Below are positions 30,508 through 38,240 of a DNA stretch of 64,000 bases, one piece after another (the first letter of the stretch is position 1; each line of letters opens with the position of its first letter). The notes beneath the pieces were generated by a model. That model was not told the origin of the DNA, made no database searches, and saw nothing but the letters and a program-made list of their open reading frames with translations. The position numbers and the translations under genes were made by a program. Source of the stretch: a virus (lineage: Duplodnaviria; Heunggongvirae; Uroviricota; Caudoviricetes); the IMG/VR virus record IMGVR_UViG_3300035670_000017, positions 850 to 64,849 of that record; one strand, 5' to 3'.

Positions 30508-31223
30508 AGTACGTCCATAACCCCAAAGCAGTCCGAGACAACTTTGAGGTTAACAAAGCAAAGCAGGTGATTTGCAAGAATCCCTGCTATATCCAAGTGC
30601 CTATGTCCTACTTCGATAGTGGGCTAGGTACCTTGGGTGCTGAGACCCAAATCTACGGACTATTCGTTGTTATTTTGGAGACTGGTCAAATGTCTGTGGT
30701 TAACACCACTGCGATGTTCAGTATTGCTCCAACCGCTACCAATGTGAAGATCATTGAAGGCGTGGAATACTACGAGTTTTACTTTGCGGCTAACTCGGTG
30801 ATCTTCAAGACCACCGGACTGCTCAGTAACTCGAAGCTGATCTTCAATCCCTTCCAGACTTTCCTCTTCATGGGCCGAGTGCCATGGTTTGTCGGTTACG
30901 ATGACCATGGTCGTATCTTTGACACTGCTCCTAAGTTCGCAGGTTTCGGTGCGTTGAAAAACCCCGAGGTGATGGAATTGCTGACAGCAGCTTGTGCTCG
31001 CAAGGCCAACGACGACAGCAATGAATTCCTGCGTGTTTTGATTAAGAATTACTCAGAGGGAGATCCGGGTAATGTCGATTTTGTTCCTCTAGGCTCTGTG
31101 ATCGCCACAGTGCGTTCTTCGTTGAATAAGATCTCGGGAGCATATGGTCAAGATGGTGTGATTTCCGCCACTGTCTCGCCTTACAACAAGGTGGGTACGA
31201 TGGAGAGAATCGTGCGAGCGTAA
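30504..31223 (+). CDS. Virion RNA polymerase beta-prime C-terminal subunit (phiKZ gp176-like)
   Basis: C-terminal SSLNKISGAYGQDGVISA..ERIV echoes the bacterial beta-prime segment SFISAASFQETTRVLTEAA..KENV; position just before the protease. Confidence 0.72.
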   Translation: MKYVHNPKAVRDNFEVNKAKQVICKNPCYIQVPMSYFDSGLGTLGAETQIYGLFVVILETGQMSVVNTTAMFSIAPTATNVKIIEGVEYYEFYFAANSVIFKTTGLLSNSKLIFNPFQTFLFMGRVPWFVGYDDHGRIFDTAPKFAGFGALKNPEVMELLTAACARKANDDSNEFLRVLIKNYSEGDPGNVDFVPLGSVIATVRSSLNKISGAYGQDGVISATVSPYNKVGTMERIVRA

Positions 31224-31245
31224 AAACTAGAAGGTAAGGGAATAT

Positions 31246-32055
31246 ATGTCTTCCAATTTAACATTCCAGGCAGCGGTGCTTCGCGCTGGCAAACAAGGTA
31301 TCATCAAACCTGATCCAGATGGATATTACACCCAATGTATCGGGGGCCTTGATATCGAGAATGCAGCCGGTGTCACCTATGCATCTGAAAAAGCCAAGAA
31401 TCTGTTCTTGGAAAGCTCTTCTTTGATGCGCCGCATCCGTGACCGGGCATTGCGCGGTGAAGTGGGTCACCCACGACGTGGTCCTGAACACGCAAACTTC
31501 GACGCATGGATGCATCGACTCAATGACATCTTCGAACCAAACGTCTGCGTGTATTGGTCTGAAGTTAGTTTGGATGAAAATTATGGACGTAACAATCCGT
31601 ATCTGAATCGTCCAAACATGATCGGTATCATGGCGCGCTATCGTCCAGGCGGCGCACATGGTCATATCCTCGAAAAGGATTTGGCTGACCCCATGGCCAA
31701 TGTCTCGTTCTCGATTCGGGCATTCTCTATTCCTCGCACCACAATGGGTAAGCAGTTCTATGATCTGCAAAGCATTGTGACTTGGGACTATGTGAATGAA
31801 CCAGGCATCGCGCAAGCACAAAAGCTTTTGTCGGCCACTATGGAATCCCGTTACGAGGAAGCCATTGCAATGACAGCTGCTCGCCGGGTCATCGACAATG
31901 CCAAGCGTATGACACAGGCTGCAGACCCGATGGTGGCTATGGCCACTATGGAGTCTAAGGCTCACCAGAACCTGATGCAATTGGATCGGGTACTGACTAT
32001 CGACACTGGCATCTCCAAACCTGTTTCCATCTACGTGAACTGGGCAAATAAATAA
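31246..32055 (+). CDS. Prohead maturation protease (phiKZ gp175-like)
   Basis: Catalytic His in RGEVGHP, Ser in FSIRA, and TWDYVNEPGI. Confidence 0.93.
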   Translation: MSSNLTFQAAVLRAGKQGIIKPDPDGYYTQCIGGLDIENAAGVTYASEKAKNLFLESSSLMRRIRDRALRGEVGHPRRGPEHANFDAWMHRLNDIFEPNVCVYWSEVSLDENYGRNNPYLNRPNMIGIMARYRPGGAHGHILEKDLADPMANVSFSIRAFSIPRTTMGKQFYDLQSIVTWDYVNEPGIAQAQKLLSATMESRYEEAIAMTAARRVIDNAKRMTQAADPMVAMATMESKAHQNLMQLDRVLTIDTGISKPVSIYVNWANK

Positions 32056-32059
32056 ACCT

Positions 32060-32097
32060 ATATCCTCTCACTGACCATGTGGTCAGTGAGAGGATAT
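32060..32097 (+). terminator. Hairpin terminator
   Basis: ATATCCTCTCACTGACC/GGTCAGTGAGAGGATAT stem. Confidence 0.8.
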
Positions 32098-32103
32098 ATG
32101 GCT

Positions 32104-32138
32104 TTTATAGAAATATTCATTCACATATACTTAACTTG
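32104..32138 (+). promoter_or_regulatory. Early-type promoter, copy 2
   Basis: TTTATA-N16-TATACT-TAAC-TTG. Confidence 0.8.
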
Positions 32139-32220
32139 AAGAAGAATAGTTTTCTTCTTCAGGGTACGAGATGCTGTAACATCTCGTTTAAGTAAACATG
32201 TTTGAATATATGGAGAGAAA

Positions 32221-32382
32221 ATGAAACATCTGTTTCACAGCGACGAAAACTTCAAGTTCATTCCTATCAAGGAATATCGTCGAAAGCAGCAGGTTGAAAC
32301 CGCGACGCTTACCCACATGCTTAAATCGCTAGGCACTGTCATTGAACCTACTTCACGGGAGCTAATGAACAAACCTAACTAA
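32221..32382 (+). CDS. Small 53-aa protein (not in the ORF track)
   Basis: GGAG SD; MKHLFHSDENFKFIPIKEYRRKQQVETATLTHMLKSLGTVIEPTSRELMNKPN. Confidence 0.6.
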   Translation: MKHLFHSDENFKFIPIKEYRRKQQVETATLTHMLKSLGTVIEPTSRELMNKPN

Positions 32383-32392
32383 TCACTACTAA

Positions 32393-32510
32393 GAGGGGAA
32401 GTCCTTAAAAGGAGGCTCACTTTCCCTCACTATATAAAGATATTAAATTAAAAAGGCCCTCGAAACTATATTCAACAACTGACGTCCGCTATTCACAAGG
32501 ACTTCCCCTC
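32393..32510. mobile_element. MITE-like 118-bp element or long-range RNA stem
   Basis: 14-bp perfect terminal inverted repeats GAGGGGAAGTCCTT/AAGGACTTCCCCTC, with TAA on both flanks. Confidence 0.4.
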
Positions 32511-32528
32511 TAAGCAAAAGGAACAAGC

Positions 32529-33158
32529 ATGAAGAAGATTATTTTTGGTGCCCGTGAAAAGGTTACCCAAATGGATGCCTCTAAAGTAGGTGTATTGGTT
32601 GAATGCGCAGGTGTTCCTGTGATCTTCCGCCAAGGCTCCACTGAAGGTATGATGACCGTCGATGCTTATGGCATCTGCAATCACAATCAACCTTTGCGTG
32701 AAAACGAAGATACGCTCATCGAGTTGTTCAATCACATCAAACAGCCCGGTAAAGATATCGTCTTTGCCTGTGATTATGGTAAAAACCGTTCTCGTGAACT
32801 GGCTACAGCTTTCGGCATCTTTCTCAATCAACCCATCCATAAAGCAATTATGGATGAAGATTGCGAAACTTTCAAAGTCGAATGGGACTACACCACAACG
32901 GCGACGAACTATACTGATCGACTGAAACATCTACTTGACAAAGGCGCGATTTCTTTACCTGAAGATTTCAAACCACTGCAAGTGTGTATCACTAATTCGA
33001 CTCGCTGGCCGGAGAACTACGCTATCGAAGAACTCCGCTCCGATGGAGAGTTATCGTTCCTACGTGCCGGATACTGGTCAGCTGAAGAAGCCGACGCAGC
33101 AGCCAAGGCTTACAACATGCAAGTCGTGTACCACCGTGTCGTCCCTCAAGCCAAGTAA
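32529..33158 (+). CDS. Putative Cys-dependent (Cx5R) protein-tyrosine/dual-specificity phosphatase-like protein
   Basis: IVFACDYGKNRSRELA, i.e. C-x5-R-S after a hydrophobic beta strand. Confidence 0.55.
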   Translation: MKKIIFGAREKVTQMDASKVGVLVECAGVPVIFRQGSTEGMMTVDAYGICNHNQPLRENEDTLIELFNHIKQPGKDIVFACDYGKNRSRELATAFGIFLNQPIHKAIMDEDCETFKVEWDYTTTATNYTDRLKHLLDKGAISLPEDFKPLQVCITNSTRWPENYAIEELRSDGELSFLRAGYWSAEEADAAAKAYNMQVVYHRVVPQAK

Positions 33159-33188
33159 ACCCTCTCTTTAAACAAAAGGAAACTTATC

Positions 33189-34019
33189 ATGCCTCAACTG
33201 AAAAACCTCAAGTCCACTGATATCATCTTCACTGAAAAGACAGAGCCTGGTCTGTACGTAGCCAAAAACGGCTGGTACGCAAAACAGCTCGACAACTTAC
33301 AGATTCAACTCTTTAACCCACAAGGGGAGCCTGTGTCGGAATCTCGATACGGCTGGGAAGACTTTGATACAGGGGAAGATTGGACAGTCTTCTTTTTATC
33401 CTTTGCTGATCGTTACGGGCGTTCCATTGACGCCGTCACGAAATGGAACCCAGCTCACTTTCCGCGCGGTACGATCGTCTTCGTCGATAGTCTCGCCTAT
33501 TCCTGTGATGAAGATCGTAGACAGTTTTACACTGTCGACAAGATTATTCAAAACGGAGGACATAGCTTCGTAATTGAAGCTATGGAGGTTAACGACGAAG
33601 AAGGCTCATTCAAGGGTCGGCCTGAGTCCTTTAACATTAACTGGGTGACAGGTATCATGTACCGCCCACCGGTGTCAGGGGTAGTGACCGAAGAGCCTGT
33701 CTCGGCTTATGATTACCCTGGAGCTATGTCTGATAGCCGTGACTTCTTTACTTGGCTCACTCATAACCATCCTCATCCTTTCAAAAAGCACCCAGTTCAA
33801 TGGGTGAACTACGATAAGGCACTGAAGCGCCTAATGAGTATGAACCTAGCGACCAGCTCCGGCTGGGAATACAGGATCAAGACCAAAGAGGCAGCTAAAT
33901 TCCTGAAGAAAAATCCGCACTGGATGTTCATGACTGTCAAGGAGGTCGAGAAGCAAGAAGCGGAAGAATACGAGCGCTTGAATTCCTCCTTCAACTTCTA
34001 CGAGCAATATGACTATTAA
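33189..34019 (+). CDS. Hypothetical protein
   Basis: 276 aa, AAGGA SD. Confidence 0.8.
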   Translation: MPQLKNLKSTDIIFTEKTEPGLYVAKNGWYAKQLDNLQIQLFNPQGEPVSESRYGWEDFDTGEDWTVFFLSFADRYGRSIDAVTKWNPAHFPRGTIVFVDSLAYSCDEDRRQFYTVDKIIQNGGHSFVIEAMEVNDEEGSFKGRPESFNINWVTGIMYRPPVSGVVTEEPVSAYDYPGAMSDSRDFFTWLTHNHPHPFKKHPVQWVNYDKALKRLMSMNLATSSGWEYRIKTKEAAKFLKKNPHWMFMTVKEVEKQEAEEYERLNSSFNFYEQYDY

Positions 34020-34037
34020 GTCATCATGAAAAATACA

Positions 34038-34073
34038 CATCTACACAAGGGTCGAAAGGCCCTTGTGTAGATG
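34038..34073 (+). terminator. Rho-independent terminator
   Basis: CATCTACACAAGGGTC-GAAA-GGCCCTTGTGTAGATG followed by a T tract. Confidence 0.85.
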
Positions 34074-34091
34074 CTGTTTATTTTTTGTCCT

Positions 34092-34126
34092 TTTATAAAA
34101 AATTTCATTCACATATACTCTACATG
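34092..34126 (+). promoter_or_regulatory. Early-type promoter, copy 3
   Basis: TTTATA-N16-TATACT-CTAC-ATG. Confidence 0.8.
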
Positions 34127-34188
34127 AGGACAACATCAATAGTCCAAACTTTATCACATCAATCCCCTCTTTCATAAAGGAAATCAAA

Positions 34189-34530
34189 ATGTCCTTCAAA
34201 CACAAATTCATGGATGCTCATCAAACTGAAATCCTGTCTCAAGCACAACTGCATGAGAAGATGGATAACATCACTGAATGCGCTGGTATCGTCTCTTATT
34301 CGGACGACACCATTGTATTCTTCGCACCACATGGCGAAAGCCCTAGCTGGATGCGCCACCTGAACAAGCTGGGCTTTGTCGAAATCATCTATCGCACCCA
34401 CCCCGGTGTTAATGGCAGCATCGATACAGCTCAAAAGCTGGTGCAGAAATTCTACGCAGGTCAATACGCCATCTACGACATCGGCGTACTGCGCAACTAC
34501 CTCGAAACAACCCTGTCCATGGACTTCTAA
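34189..34530 (+). CDS. Hypothetical early protein
   Basis: 113 aa, AAGGA SD. Confidence 0.8.
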   Translation: MSFKHKFMDAHQTEILSQAQLHEKMDNITECAGIVSYSDDTIVFFAPHGESPSWMRHLNKLGFVEIIYRTHPGVNGSIDTAQKLVQKFYAGQYAIYDIGVLRNYLETTLSMDF

Positions 34531-34540
34531 GGAAATCAAA

Positions 34541-35053
34541 ATGCCCTTCAAACTCAAAGTAGCCAAAGAAACACTCCCAGGTAAAGGCCCTGGTGTCTAC
34601 CTCTACGGTCCTTACGTGACCCCTCGTATCCATGATGCGATCTCGCAGTTCATGGCGGCGCACCGGATCGATGATCCTCGGTACATCGCTCGCACCAAAG
34701 TCACAGCTTTCTTCCAAGGCGGCTGTGACAAGCGTGATGGTCAGTTCATCTTCTTGGAACTGCTGCGTTCCTGGGAAAGTCTGGATCCTGCTGATGTGGC
34801 TGAATTTGAGCGCTTGCTCAATGAAGCCATCGAAGGCAAGGTTCCTACTTGCCAGACTGAAATCCGTATCGCACCTAACACCCAGGGTGCGTATTATTTC
34901 ATCACAGAGATCAGTAAGGAAACTGGATGTAGCTACAACTCCGGCAATGCCTTCACTCCTGTTTACTTCTTCCCGGAGAACAATGAACAGTGGTGGAAGG
35001 TTTACAACCTGTGCAAGGAAATGGGTCTGACCATCGGTTTCCCTCAGTTCTAA
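34541..35053 (+). CDS. Hypothetical early protein
   Basis: Start corrected to ATG 34541 (MPFKLK), which has an AAGGA SD. Confidence 0.8.
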   Translation: MPFKLKVAKETLPGKGPGVYLYGPYVTPRIHDAISQFMAAHRIDDPRYIARTKVTAFFQGGCDKRDGQFIFLELLRSWESLDPADVAEFERLLNEAIEGKVPTCQTEIRIAPNTQGAYYFITEISKETGCSYNSGNAFTPVYFFPENNEQWWKVYNLCKEMGLTIGFPQF

Positions 35054-35064
35054 GGAATTTAATC

Positions 35065-35454
35065 ATGCGGTCTATCTCTGTTGAAAAGTTGAATCAGTCT
35101 AATTTCTTCCGTCTGATCATGAATGTGTTGTTTCAGAACCTGACTTTGGTCGTTGTTCTGAAGCAATCCACGGCTGGAACTAATCGCCGCAGCTACGCGA
35201 TCCATCACGATGAATGGGAAGTGAGCGCAGTGTCTGAAAGCACTATTCGTTTTCAACACTGCCATACGTCCAACTATATCGTTTTCTGGAGTAAGGGCGA
35301 ACTGACCCTATCTAATAATCCGGATTTTTATCTGGAATCCATTACATGCGTCGATAGTCGCATGAACCCTCAGTTCATCTACACAGCTGGATCGAATAAG
35401 ATCTTGGTCGGCAATAAAGTCGACATCCCTTTTGAACTGCAAAACACCAATTAA
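35065..35454 (+). CDS. Hypothetical protein (possible paralog of the next gene)
   Basis: ATG 35065 after TAAGGA. Confidence 0.75.
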   Translation: MRSISVEKLNQSNFFRLIMNVLFQNLTLVVVLKQSTAGTNRRSYAIHHDEWEVSAVSESTIRFQHCHTSNYIVFWSKGELTLSNNPDFYLESITCVDSRMNPQFIYTAGSNKILVGNKVDIPFELQNTN

Positions 35455-35467
35455 AAGGAAATACAAA

Positions 35468-35848
35468 ATGCACGCTTTCACTCTTGTAAACCTGACACTC
35501 ACCCGAATGGGTGCAATTCTGAAAGAGCGATTCGAGCAGCAAGACGTCTTGCTGCTGCTGGCCCGCAACGAAGAAGACAACGAAGTGACTGCTATCTTCC
35601 TGGATAGCAACACATACGCTTGGTGTATCGATCCCATGAAAAACGCATTGGTCTTCACGTCCAATCAGGTAACGTCTCCTGTTATCCAGCTGTCTCCATT
35701 GGGACTGAGCGTCGTCTATGGGAATACACAACTGAATCTGGAATCGATGCACTTGATCGCCGCTGATCGTTCGGTCAAGTTCAGCCTGGATCAAAACCTT
35801 CGACCAGAATGCAGCTTCGAGCTGTACACCAAGTACCTGGTCAACTGA
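35468..35848 (+). CDS. Hypothetical protein
   Basis: ATG 35468 after AAGGA. Confidence 0.75.
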   Translation: MHAFTLVNLTLTRMGAILKERFEQQDVLLLLARNEEDNEVTAIFLDSNTYAWCIDPMKNALVFTSNQVTSPVIQLSPLGLSVVYGNTQLNLESMHLIAADRSVKFSLDQNLRPECSFELYTKYLVN

Positions 35849-35871
35849 CCCTCTCGTCCTTCGACAACCCA

Positions 35872-35910
35872 CATATAGACTCATGACCGCAAAGGTCATG
35901 AGTCTATATG
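35872..35910 (+). terminator. Rho-independent terminator
   Basis: CATATAGACTCATGACC/GGTCATGAGTCTATATG followed by CTTTTT. Confidence 0.85.
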
Positions 35911-35914
35911 CTTT

Positions 35915-36454
35915 TTGATGACTAACATGTCAAAAGAAGATTTCACATCCGACACAGCTGCCGTTGAGCAGCTGTGTCGGAGTATGAAGATAAGTTCAGA
36001 TGCATTCACAATGCTGACACTGCTATGTTTCTTGGCGTTTTGCTTGCTCTCACCGCGTGAGGTCAAGCTTTATAGCTACGGAATATCAGTGCTTACTATT
36101 GTCTTGGTCTGGATAGCGGTCTGGCGTTTCAATATGATCCTCATTGGGTTAAGCAACCTTCTTGAGGAAACCATTGAAAAACCAGACACCCCCAGTAAGC
36201 ACCAAAAGCTCATACTCAACACGATGCAATTTGTCATGCGCACAGCGATTCCGATTTATCGGCGTTGCGCTGCGATCAACATTTGCGTCGGCGTATGTGC
36301 CGTGGTACTGACTGTGTCGGGTATAGGCGTAGAGACCTACATATGGCCTGCGATAGCCATAGGTTTTTGCGTTCTCAACTGCCTTGTAGCCTACAGCGCA
36401 AGGTATCAACTCTTCTTACATCGCGAGAAGATTTTCAACCCCGCCTTAGGATGA
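35915..36454 (+). CDS. Four-TM membrane protein
   Basis: Two hydrophobic hairpins separated by a charged linker. Confidence 0.7.
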   Translation: MMTNMSKEDFTSDTAAVEQLCRSMKISSDAFTMLTLLCFLAFCLLSPREVKLYSYGISVLTIVLVWIAVWRFNMILIGLSNLLEETIEKPDTPSKHQKLILNTMQFVMRTAIPIYRRCAAINICVGVCAVVLTVSGIGVETYIWPAIAIGFCVLNCLVAYSARYQLFLHREKIFNPALG

Positions 36455-36512
36455 CGTGAGCCCTTGAAGATTCAAGAACACCGTCCTGAGGTAAACAAAT
36501 CGGAGATTTCCA

Positions 36513-37061
36513 ATGACTTTCATTGATTACCACAAGATTAAGTTCTTTCATTCCTTCCATGTTGCTCAAGCTACTCAGTTTCTGACGATCATCTTCACGA
36601 TCACTTTGACTGGCATGCTTGATCTGTATAACCTGCCTACATGGTACACCGCAATGCCCTATGTGTTTTGCGCTGTTACCTACGCCGGTGTCATGGCTGC
36701 GAATATGATCTTCAAGGACTACATCCAGCACGTTGAATACATCTCGATCAAATACAAGCTGACTCGTGAGAGCCAGTTTGGTAGCCATGCTGCTGGCATC
36801 AACCGCATGTGCACCTGGCTGCGCCGTTGGATGGTGTACGGTCTGACTGGCTCTTTCGCCATCAACGCCAACATCATGATCGTGCTACTCATCGCATACA
36901 TTGAATACGACTTCACATATGTGCCCGAACACTGGTTGGACTTCCTGTACAACTTCGGTGTTGGGTACTGTGTCTTCGTTGTTATCGTGACTTTGATCTT
37001 TGGCATCATCAAAGAGATTGCTGTCAAGCGCATGCGCAAGATGCTCAATCGCCGCCATTGA
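36513..37061 (+). CDS. Four-TM membrane protein
   Basis: GGAG SD; four hydrophobic segments; basic C-terminus. Confidence 0.75.
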   Translation: MTFIDYHKIKFFHSFHVAQATQFLTIIFTITLTGMLDLYNLPTWYTAMPYVFCAVTYAGVMAANMIFKDYIQHVEYISIKYKLTRESQFGSHAAGINRMCTWLRRWMVYGLTGSFAINANIMIVLLIAYIEYDFTYVPEHWLDFLYNFGVGYCVFVVIVTLIFGIIKEIAVKRMRKMLNRRH

Positions 37062-37222
37062 AAACTTCAAATAGTCAGTAGATACAATGTATAAACGCAC
37101 CTGTTAATTCAGGTCAGGCTACTTCCCTTCACAAAATTCTCCTATCAACTCTTTCATAGTCAAAGGTACATCATGTCTAAAAGCATAGTGTATAAGGACT
37201 GTGTGAACTCATGAGGTAAGCA

Positions 37223-37558
37223 ATGATCTTGCCTCATGAGTCTTACGCATCGCCTGTCTTCCATGTACTTGGGGAAGGTAAATATGCAGCGGCTCTAGAA
37301 GGCACTCCATATCCAACCCCAGTATTTTACATTGATCGACTACCCACGGATGAAAAGTCCTTGTGGCGTGTAAAGGTTGATTACTCCATCGGCTTTAGTG
37401 AAAATATGCTCCAGCGCTCAGATGTACTGGAGTATATGATCCAAGCCCAGCAGTTCCTGGATTCGTCTAGTCTCAAAGCTGTACGAAGTTCGGTGACTCG
37501 TTTACTAGAGTACTGGAAAACGAAATTCCCTCGCGGGGTTCCTGACGCCGTGCTCTAA
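37223..37558 (+). CDS. Hypothetical protein
   Basis: 111 aa, GAGG SD. Confidence 0.7.
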   Translation: MILPHESYASPVFHVLGEGKYAAALEGTPYPTPVFYIDRLPTDEKSLWRVKVDYSIGFSENMLQRSDVLEYMIQAQQFLDSSSLKAVRSSVTRLLEYWKTKFPRGVPDAVL

Positions 37559-37575
37559 CCAGCCCGTATATGCCC

Positions 37576-37610
37576 TTTGTAAAAATAAACAAGGGCATAT
37601 ACTTCAATTG
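37576..37610 (+). promoter_or_regulatory. Early-type promoter, copy 4 (embedded in an inverted repeat)
   Basis: TTTGTA-N16-TATACT-TCAA-TTG. Confidence 0.75.
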
Positions 37611-37667
37611 AGGATAGCATAGAAGTTATCCTTTATCAACCTTCCCTTTCAAATAGGATACATCGTT

Positions 37668-38165
37668 ATGTCCGATACCAAAATCAAGCAACTGTCCGAA
37701 GCCGCCGCAGCTATCTCCAAGGACATCCAAGCCGCCGTCGGTGGTTTCTCCAAGGACCGCAAATCGGCTGAAATCGACGAAGGCAAGATCTACCTGGAAC
37801 ACGCAGCCAAGGAAGGTCTGACTCAGGAGATCATCGACCAGAAGGAAAACTTCGACAAGACTTTCCTGGCTGGTAACATCCATGCCACCACTGTGATGGC
37901 TGAAGAAGCAGTCAAGGCTGACAATTCTCTGAAGGACGAAACCTTCGAAGTCAGCATCAAGGGCAGCAAGTCCACCCAGTTCACTGCTCGTGTGACTCCC
38001 TTCAAGGAAGGTGTGATGGCTGGCCGTGACGGTCAACCTGATCGCCCCTGGGTCAAGAAGGGCGGCGCCACTGGCTCCATCAAGACCACTACCGGTTCGC
38101 GTGGCGATCTGGGCGCTGCCATTCAGCACGCCGAGACCACCTTCTCCGAACTGTTGAAGGGCTAA
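37668..38165 (+). CDS. Conserved hypothetical protein, probably highly expressed
   Basis: 165 aa; strong C/T-ending codon bias; has its own promoter and terminator; convergent with the tail tube. Confidence 0.85.
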   Translation: MSDTKIKQLSEAAAAISKDIQAAVGGFSKDRKSAEIDEGKIYLEHAAKEGLTQEIIDQKENFDKTFLAGNIHATTVMAEEAVKADNSLKDETFEVSIKGSKSTQFTARVTPFKEGVMAGRDGQPDRPWVKKGGATGSIKTTTGSRGDLGAAIQHAETTFSELLKG

Positions 38166-38186
38166 GCCTAAAAGCATTAGCTACCA

Positions 38187-38222
38187 CTACTCTCTCCAGA
38201 CCTTTCGGTCTGGAGAGAGTAG
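38187..38222. terminator. Bidirectional terminator
   Basis: CTACTCTCTCCAGACC/GGTCTGGAGAGAGTAG 16-bp stem followed by a T tract. Confidence 0.85.
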
Positions 38223-38240
38223 GTAGTTTATTTTTTTCGC

